From: Ascidiella aspersa
Lineage: Eukaryota
Length of the DNA stretch: 64,000 nt
Reading direction: 5' to 3'
NCBI GenBank assembly: GCA_963924565.1
Contig: OZ004607.1
Location: 10,354,001-10,418,000 of the forward strand
The first letter of the stretch is position 1. Every line of letters begins with the position of its first letter. The notes beneath the pieces are model-generated. The model was not told the origin of the DNA. It made no database searches and was given only the letters and a program-made list of their open reading frames with translations. Positions 23,854 through 64,000 of the stretch are shown piece after piece. The position numbers and the translations under genes were made by a program.

Positions 23854-24486
23854 GACTCATTTTAATTTCTGAAGTATTTATGTGTGGCAAAAAAGTTAAC
23901 CACAAAATAGACAAACCGACTCACCTTGTTTTTATAAAGATACAAAACAACTCAAATGTGTTTCGATTTAAAGTCTTTTTTGCTGTATTAAATTACCACT
24001 TATTTTGTTTTACAGCCTGTGGTGCCACTGCGATAAAAATGTAATCTCCCAAGACTTTTTGCAAGCTGCTCTGTGTATGTTAATTTTATTGCTACTGCGC
24101 TTTTAACCCTATTATCTTTATTTGGTTGCAACTTGCCAGAGCTATATTTAAATATTTACTTTTTTGGAAACTGCAAAACTTTTAAACGCAACTTAATTGT
24201 TAGACAATATCTACTCCTCTCATTAAAAATGTATCTCATTTCTTTGTCTGTATGTTGTTTTGTCACGCTGTGTGGTAAAACTTTTTTCGACATTGTTTTC
24301 TGTTTTATTGACACTTAAAAGTGGTGCGAAAAATCTGTTTGTTTGCATCAGAAAAAAACGCCTAAAACTTTCTTTGCAAAATGGTAACAAAATAATGACA
24401 ACATCACATTTTTCTGTGTATTTCAGTGCAATAGGTTTGTTTTTGTCTGTGCTCTTGTTAGGGCGGCTAGTTGGAAAGAAGCTTGA

Positions 24487-27400
24487 ATGTTGCACACACT
24501 TCAGTTTATTTTCAAAACCGTTTTGTTGATTGCTCTTTGGTTTGCCTTTCAACTCCCAGCAACAACTGTCTCTGGTAAGTTTGTTAACATAGTATAAAGC
24601 AGGGTTGCGGGGTCGATTAGAAACAACCATAGTCTAACTCTCACTGAACAGATAAACTTGAGTTCGACTCTAAGTTCCGAGCGGGTTCCAGACAAATTTG
24701 CTGACTAAGATTTCATTGTTCGTCTATGACTTTACAGCTAGTGTTCCATCCAGTTACATGACTAAAGTTGAGTTGATAAAGCAATATACTTAAAGGTGAC
24801 AAAATTGTGATTTAACTGCAATTTGGATTCAGTTATGCATTTCAAAACTGTTGATGACTTTAGTTAACCTAAAATTTAGAGCAATAATACTTGACTTAAT
24901 TAGAGCATTAATCCTTGACTTAGATTTTATATTCACAACTACATGACTGGGAAAGCCTTCTAACTGAATTTTGTTTTTTTCAGGATATGGCCTCAACGAG
25001 CAGCTTTACCTTGACGTGACATATCCTCGCGATGTGGCCTTCACCTACAAGTTTCGGCAGGCACGCGACTTCGGCGATGTGATGAGCTACACAATCCACG
25101 GCGCTCAACTGGTGCTGGTGGAACCCAAGCACGCTTGCGGGCAACAAATCGAAAACAGCTACATGCTGCAGGGAAGAGTGGCACTTATTGAACGCGGGTA
25201 TGGATACATTTATTACCAAGGTTGTTTTTGTAAGTATAACCTACCTGCTTTGATTTGTTGACTGAATTGCTTGTGGCTACCAAAGTTCAATGTAGAATCC
25301 CAAGTTATCCTAAAATATTAGGTTTTAAATTTTGAATAATGAATCCAGAATATTGAATCCTAGTATATATTTAATTAATTATTTACCTTCTACTTTTTTT
25401 AATATTCATAATACATACATATACCCTTTAGTGACAAAAACAGCACTAATGGATATATATAAAAAAATCCAGTTTGGGATTCAAATCTAAAGATCTTATA
25501 TTCCACTTTAATCATCCCTAGTTCTGGTGTACTTGGAGGGACTATGTCTTGCAAAAAGTGCGGGTTGTTTTCAGTGTGCAATGCCAAAAAATGCTGGATA
25601 ATTAAATATCACTTTTTGTTTTCTGATAGGACAGGCTGCTGAAACTTATGATTATGGGGTACCGTAGTGCGGTTGTGTTGGAGTATTGCTTGTTTAGGTT
25701 CAGTTTGACATTTGGATATTTTGCTTCCCGGTTGCCCCAAGTCTTTTGATCTTTAAATTAATTCGAATTAAAAAGTCTTGAAAACCACATGCTTTCCAAA
25801 AGTCTTTAAATAGTCTTTGTATTTATTTTATGCCCAGCTAAGGTATATGTTTAGAAAACGCCTTTAAAACCAATTTTAAACTTGTGTGTACTACTGGTGT
25901 TAATTAATGTTGTTTTATCGAAATAAAAATGGTTCGATTTTATGTCTTTATAACCTATAAATTCTCCCTAAAAAATTTTTAACCTTTTTTTTTTGTAGAA
26001 GTGTGTGGCAACTGGCAACTCTGTGTTGAAAAAATTTTTCGACAAGGATAAAAAAAAATTGCGTCCATAAAGTATTCCCGTGCGTTGATGGTTTGATTGT
26101 GATCACATTTACACAAGTAAAAAAAACATAAGTCAATAGCTATGCAACGAATTGACAGAACATCTTCGTGAAATGGTGTCTTTAACTGCGTTATTCACAA
26201 TAAAGAATTGGAAGAAATCACAGCCCGGCCTTGGTTACTACTGTTAGGGTTTAGAGCGAAAAAACCTTAATGTCTGCTTGACACTAGCCTGCCAACCGCG
26301 GAAGGGTTTTCGTGACGTAACGCGTCATTGCAGCGAATTCCGCATCGGCATCGACGCCGGGTATTAGACGAGTTCCGATACCGCAGGATTGACACAGAGT
26401 CTTGAATCTTCAATAGTCTTTGAATATCTTTGAAATGATTTACAATTTTATATTATTCAAAGCCCTGTTTTTTCCTGTTAAGTTTTTGAATAGCTTTCAA
26501 ATTTGTTTGTTGTCTAGCTTAAGGTATGTGTTTTGATAGTGCCGTTAAAAAACAATTAAAAATTGTTTTTTTAACTGTGTTGACCATGTATTTTCTGCTG
26601 TTTTGTTTTCGGATTATTTACAAAAGCGATCCAATTTTAGGTATTTTAAAACCAAAAACTTCATTGAAAAGTCATTGAATGGCTTCACATTTTTTCATAA
26701 AATTGTGTGACAACCATGTACTATCACCTTCAGCACCAAACCGCTATTCTCATTTTAAATTATATCGCATTGTTTTTTTACGACAGCGAATGCTCGTTCG
26801 TCACGAAAGCGCTGCACGCCGAAGCATGTGGAGCCAGGGCTGTCATTATAACGGACCACGATCCAACTTCTACAGTGTGGATTGATATGGTACAAGATGG
26901 AACGGAGCGGCAAGTTCAAATCCCGGTCTACTTCATGCTTGGAATGAACGGGTAACGACCCCTGGCTTTTACAGTTTTTTTTTTATTTATGTAAAAATTG
27001 ATTTTTTATTTATTTAATAAAACAGGGTTGCCACAAGCTATTTTTTTTTTATTGACTCGATTTGCATATTGAGAAGTCAAACCCCGCGTTTTTTCCAAAA
27101 GTCTTCAAATAGTGGAATATTTTTGTTCTATCTAAAGCAGCGGTTCTCAACCAGTGGGCTATGGTTCACTGGTGGGTCATGGAAACATTTTAGGTGGGCC
27201 ACAGACCAATTTAAAAATGCTAGATTTATTGAAGAATTTAGTTTCATTGGTGTCACTATACCTAATTTTACAGGGATAATTGCTTGGAATGTAAATGAAA
27301 CAAAAATTTATTGTTCAGAAGCAAGTACCTCACTAATGCACGGTTGAATAGATAATCTGTTTTGATATATGCTCCGCTCATAGCTGCGTTCGAGTGTTTT

Positions 27401-28212
27401 TTCGAAAACGTTTGCTTGCAGCAATTCCATTTTACCGGATTTCCCTAGTCACTGATACGAGTCGCAGAAAAGCTTGAAAAGGCTGCGGAGTGCGGAGTCG
27501 GTAAAAAAACTACCAGACTCACGACTGGACTCTATTTCCCACCTATTTACGTAACTAAAATAGGGTAAATATCCAGCAATTTACTTAAAGAAGGGTGTTC
27601 TATATCTTATACACCCACAATATGTATGTTGTCTTGTCAATATTCAATTAATTAATCACCTTTTCACACTTAGAATTTGTTGCCTTAATACTTTTAAATG
27701 TAATACTGCGCACGCGCGCCTCGGACTCGACCGTCATACATAGTCTTTGCCCCTTTGTTTTGAGGGACCTCTTGAAAACGATAAACAACAAAAACACCTT
27801 AAAAACACGGTACAAGGTAATTTAATTATTAGGGACGTTATTTATTTTTTGTCTAACCGGATTAAGCTGCTCACTTCCAACCTTCAAAAAACAATAGTCA
27901 CCAACTTTTTACTTCTTGGCCGGGGTTAATTTTCTACTACATGTGGATTTATAGCGAGAACAAAACTATGTATGTGTACGCCACAAAAGTGGTGGCGGAT
28001 GTTCGAGTCCGGCTCCAACTTTGCAACCCTTAAGCTCTGCATTACTCGTCTTGCCTCCATAACTCCACTTAAGCAAGCCGCTGCTGTATTTTTGCAGGAA
28101 GAAAATCCGTGACTCGATTATCGCGAACAGAGTACCTTGGGCGGTGGTCAACATACCGGTGAACTACACCAACAAGGTGATACATCATCAGCCCCCCTGG
28201 GACACCTGGTAG
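24487..28212 (+). CDS. PRADC1: Protease-associated domain-containing protein 1 (PRADC1/PAP21), secreted, 193 aa
   Basis: Exons 24487-24574 (signal peptide MLHTLQFIFKTVLLIALWFAFQLPATTVS), 24984-25197, 26787-26951 and 28098-28212. PA-domain motifs: ARDFG, EPKHAC, VALIERG|ECSFVTKA..GARAVIITD, MVQDGT.RQVQIP, and C-terminal IPVN..QPPWDTW*. Confidence 0.93.
27138..27350. mobile_element. hAT-like MITE fragment
   Basis: Starts CAGCGGTTCTCAACCAGTGGG, the same terminus type as 49273 and 35124. The right end is not evident. Confidence 0.45.
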
Positions 28213-28328
28213 ACCCCTCTGTTACCCCCCCCCCCCCCCCTGGGACTTTCCCCTCCACTGTGTTCTGCTTGCTTTTGTGAACTGATTTAGCGATATTGTT
28301 TTTTGCCTAATTGGTGAATGATAGGGAA

Positions 28329-28727
28329 TAGGGATGATGTCCGATACTTGGTATTTTATTCCGGTACCCGATATTTTGAGTAACAAAGTACCGCTCTCCG
28401 ATTCAAAATCGAATTACGTCATTACTGTGGTCACATAAGCAAGTTTATAAGTGCATCGGTCATGATTATTATCGGAGTGTTTACATTCTGCGTTAGGAAG
28501 CATCAAATTTAAAAGTTAAATTTTCCTAACAATACCATTCTAGGTATAAAACTAGACGTTGAATTACAAAACTTAGCTAAAATGCTGAAATTATTTGGTA
28601 TCAGATCCGCCTGATACACCATTGTATCGGACAAGAACCGATACTATCACTTGGCCTAGGGTATCGGACGAGCACCGTTACTCCACTTGGTATCGGGTAT
28701 CGGCTCTGATATTATCGCACATCCCTA
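28329..28727. mobile_element. TAGGGATG-ended non-autonomous DNA element (hAT-like) with subterminal ccgatac/gtatcgg motifs
   Basis: TAGGGATG...CATCCCTA termini with many CCGATAC/GTATCGG subterminal repeats. It lies in the PRADC1 3' region. Confidence 0.65.
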
Positions 28728-29371
28728 TTGGTGATTGCTCAAATTATCGCGAAATTGAAATGATTTAATTGGTGCTGTTTGTATTTCACTGTCGTTGTTT
28801 TGCAATTTAATCCAGAACTTTTAATTTTTCCACCATTCGTCAATTGAATCTCCTGTAGTAACTATAATTGTTTAGGTACAAACTTAATAGTGATGTAGCA
28901 AATTACCGTTATGAAGTCAACTGATTTTTCCACTTGTACATGGTGACGGTTTTGGTGACAGACAATCTCTCGTTTTCTCGCTGCTTCGAAGCCCTTTTAA
29001 AGCGTTTTAATTGTCCCCTTGCGTTAGTTTGGTGAAGCTTGTATTTTGCGTTATTTAGAGGTGACCCGCATTTCCATAAATAGTATGCGATTCTATTATA
29101 TATTGCGCCTTATCCATTGCGTTTTACCGCCATTTCTCGCGTGCCAATACATTTCCGAGTCGTTTTATCGCGCAATAGAAGCTATTTAACTCATTTGACT
29201 TGGCGTCGTTATTTGAAGTTCGATTATATTATATACATGTTATCGTTACAAATTAAAACTATTCACTTCCGAAAACAACCGCCTGACTTTTTCATTCGGT
29301 TTTCAACTAGATTTAGTTTACAATTGTTCAGTAGATGCTTCATTTAAAAAATATCGTAACTGTATTAGAAG

Positions 29372-29758
29372 CAGTGTTTGTAATGACTTGATTTAAGTCG
29401 TGTTATTTACTAACTTAGCTCAACTTTACTCGTTCTGGTAAAATGACTTCACTTTAGTCTTTAGGACAAAAGACTTGACTTGGACTCACGTCATCGTTTT
29501 CGTTTTACGTTATTTTATAAAAGTGAGCTATTTATCTGTTGTATAAGTTTTGCACTTGAACAATTAGATTGTTAAATGTTGGTTTTATTATAATGTTTTC
29601 TAGTTGACCTATTGCTCATAATCAGACGAGTTTACCAGTTTTAACAGTATCATATATTGTTTTATTTTGATATTAGTTATTTGACTTGGAGATGACTTGC
29701 TCTAATATTGACTTGACTTGGAATGTAGATGTTTCGAAATGACTTATTTACAACACTG
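29372..29758. mobile_element. hAT-like MITE with perfect 8-bp TSD (GACTTG-rich family)
   Basis: Termini CAGTGTTTGTAA / TTACAACACTG. TSD ATTAGAAG at 29364-29371 and 29759-29766. Related GACTTG/CAAGTC-rich fragments lie near 17960-18025, 32200, 42680-42890, 47700-48011 and 56100-56651. Confidence 0.9.
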
Positions 29759-31583
29759 ATTAGAAGCAACATAAAGTATCGAATATCCCGATAACTGCTT
29801 TTCTTCCACTCAAATCATTATCCAATCTGATCGATTTGAAATGCTAAAACTAAGTTTTAAACGGGCAAGCGAACCTGGAAGATAAACAATGAGGCGGACG
29901 ACTTGCGTTTGTCTTTTTTTCTCCAAAATTTACGCAAATTCAACAATCCGGTCCATCGGGAGAGAACCAAGGGGGCTCAACTCCAGGGACAACTCGACAT
30001 AAGAAACCGACGCGCTGTGTGTGTGTGGGTGAGAGAGCGAGAAAAAAGCAACAATAGGGGGAAAAGGCAAACGCGGAACTTGGATGAGAGAAAGGTAAAC
30101 GCACGGAAGCACGCGTTCTCAGATGAGAGAAGCGGCAGCGAAATAAAATGTCTGATTGGCGACGAAACGGACTCTCAACGGAGATGGATAGTGGATGAAA
30201 AACGCGAAAAGATGCGCTGCTAAAGGATTAGCACTGTTTCGCCAAGTTGCGCAGTTTAAAGCGGAGTTCGAAATAAACAAGGACCACAAATAGTTTCGCA
30301 CCGTGTTTTAGCTATTCTTTTACATGGTCTTTCAGTTGTACTTCTAAAATTACTTGTTCTTAGTTCAACAAGTTTCATTTAATATGAGTTTACACGAGTT
30401 ATATAGACCAAGTATATCCAATTAAAAACTAAAACAATATCCAAAATTCATTGGTGGTATTTCTAAAGGGAACAAAGGTTTACGACTGTTAATTTACTAT
30501 TTTCAAATAGCCCGTGAATAACGCAAGTTTAGTAGAATTGAGAGACCTAAACGTTGACCATGGTTATCCACAGCTGGTTGCGATATGACAGTTTAAACGC
30601 GAAGGTGAGTTGAACAGATTTTTAAATCAACAAATTTTGACACAACGTTGACCCGCTTTCTATTGCTGCACAGTGTAACGGATATTCTCCTTGCGTAATT
30701 GGCCAAAAACCGACGTCGTTTATTTAAAAAGAATTTTCTTGGAAGCCGTTTGAGCTATTTCGAATGTAACATCACCACTGGAAAAAAGTATTAGTGGACT
30801 TCCGACGTGATAATTTCTGCAAGAAATCTATTACTTTTATTGAGTTATGATACAAAACGGGATATTTGTGCGACGCCTTCAAAAAAGTTAATACGAATTA
30901 TCAGGGCGCTGCGACGAACAGTTTGTGAACCTCTGGTTTAAGCCGTTTCCCCCCAAATAGTTTCAAAAAAATTTGGGTCTTTAAAGTTACAGAAAAAAAA
31001 AGGTTTTAAATCAACGAAAAAAACCTACTCACGAATGGATCAGTTTACTCTTGTTGTTTTTAAGATAGTTGCGTTTCTTTCAAGGGTCTGATGTTTAATA
31101 TTCCTAGAGATAGGGTGTGGAAGTTGAAGAAAAGTGATTTTTTTTCCGACGGCTGCTTTCTTATGAGCAACGAGCAAAACTTGATCGATCATTCTCCCCC
31201 AAAAAGAATAAAAAGAAACACTGACAGCAAAAAGCCGCGAGCCGCGGACTCGGCAGATTCGCGTGCGCAAGAGAAAAAAACATCAAAAAAACGCGGCGAT
31301 TTTTTCGAAAACAGAAAACGGCAAGAAACCTTCCTCGTCGTTCGTTTACCAACACTTTAGTGAGCGAGCGCGTGGCAATAAAACAAAAGCGGTTCGCGTG
31401 AAACGGGGGCGGAGAGTAACACTTTGCGGCGTGCGGCCTTGGGCTCCAAGAAAAAAGGTTCAATTCGTTTCGCCTCGTCATCGACGTCACCACTTCACAA
31501 ACCGGGTGAAACCGCCCGAAACCGGTTTTCGTCGGCTTCTGCAGCTCGGCGGAAAATTGTTTCGCTGGCTCGCTCGCTCCCGG

Positions 31584-63894
<32,311 letters not shown>

Positions 63895-64000
63895 CTGTAG
63901 TGACGTCATGCGGAGTTTACGATATTGAAAAGCAATGACGTCATGTAACGTGTTGATGACGATGGCGATGACGGAGAAGTGGCGGAATGAGGGGAAAATA

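Overview
Intron-rich, AT-rich eukaryotic genomic DNA with GT-AG introns. It is most likely from an invertebrate chordate (ascidian/tunicate), inferred from the Cav1 sequence and exon layout. There is no prokaryotic-type content (no CRISPR, no rRNA). From left to right: (1) the 3' part of an adhesion GPCR on + (at least 7 Sushi/CCP exons, EGF-Ca, SEA-like, HormR-like, GAIN/GPS, 7TM; 106-14976); (2) two decayed intronless genes on -, a C2H2 zinc-finger array (~16.05-17.0 kb) and an LDLa-repeat array (~18.0-18.9 kb); (3) a two-exon gene on + whose N-terminus and internal motifs are ZC3H14/Nab2-like, but whose C-terminus is a PABPN1-like coiled coil + RRM + Arg-rich tail, with no CCCH fingers visible (20505-23853); (4) PRADC1/PAP21 starting only ~630 bp later on the same strand, an operon-like spacing (24487-28212); (5) most of an L-type Ca2+ channel alpha1 (Cav1) gene on - (31584 to beyond 64000). 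The Cav1 gene carries a mutually exclusive IVS3 exon pair, an intronic RNA stem between them, an RBFOX-motif cluster, two candidate stop-containing microexons and the DHP-desensitising Ser->Ala. Introns contain many hAT-like MITEs with 8-bp TSDs and an 18-bp minisatellite. Exon coordinates were derived by hand from splice sites and frame continuity. Homology statements come from recalled family consensus, not database searches.
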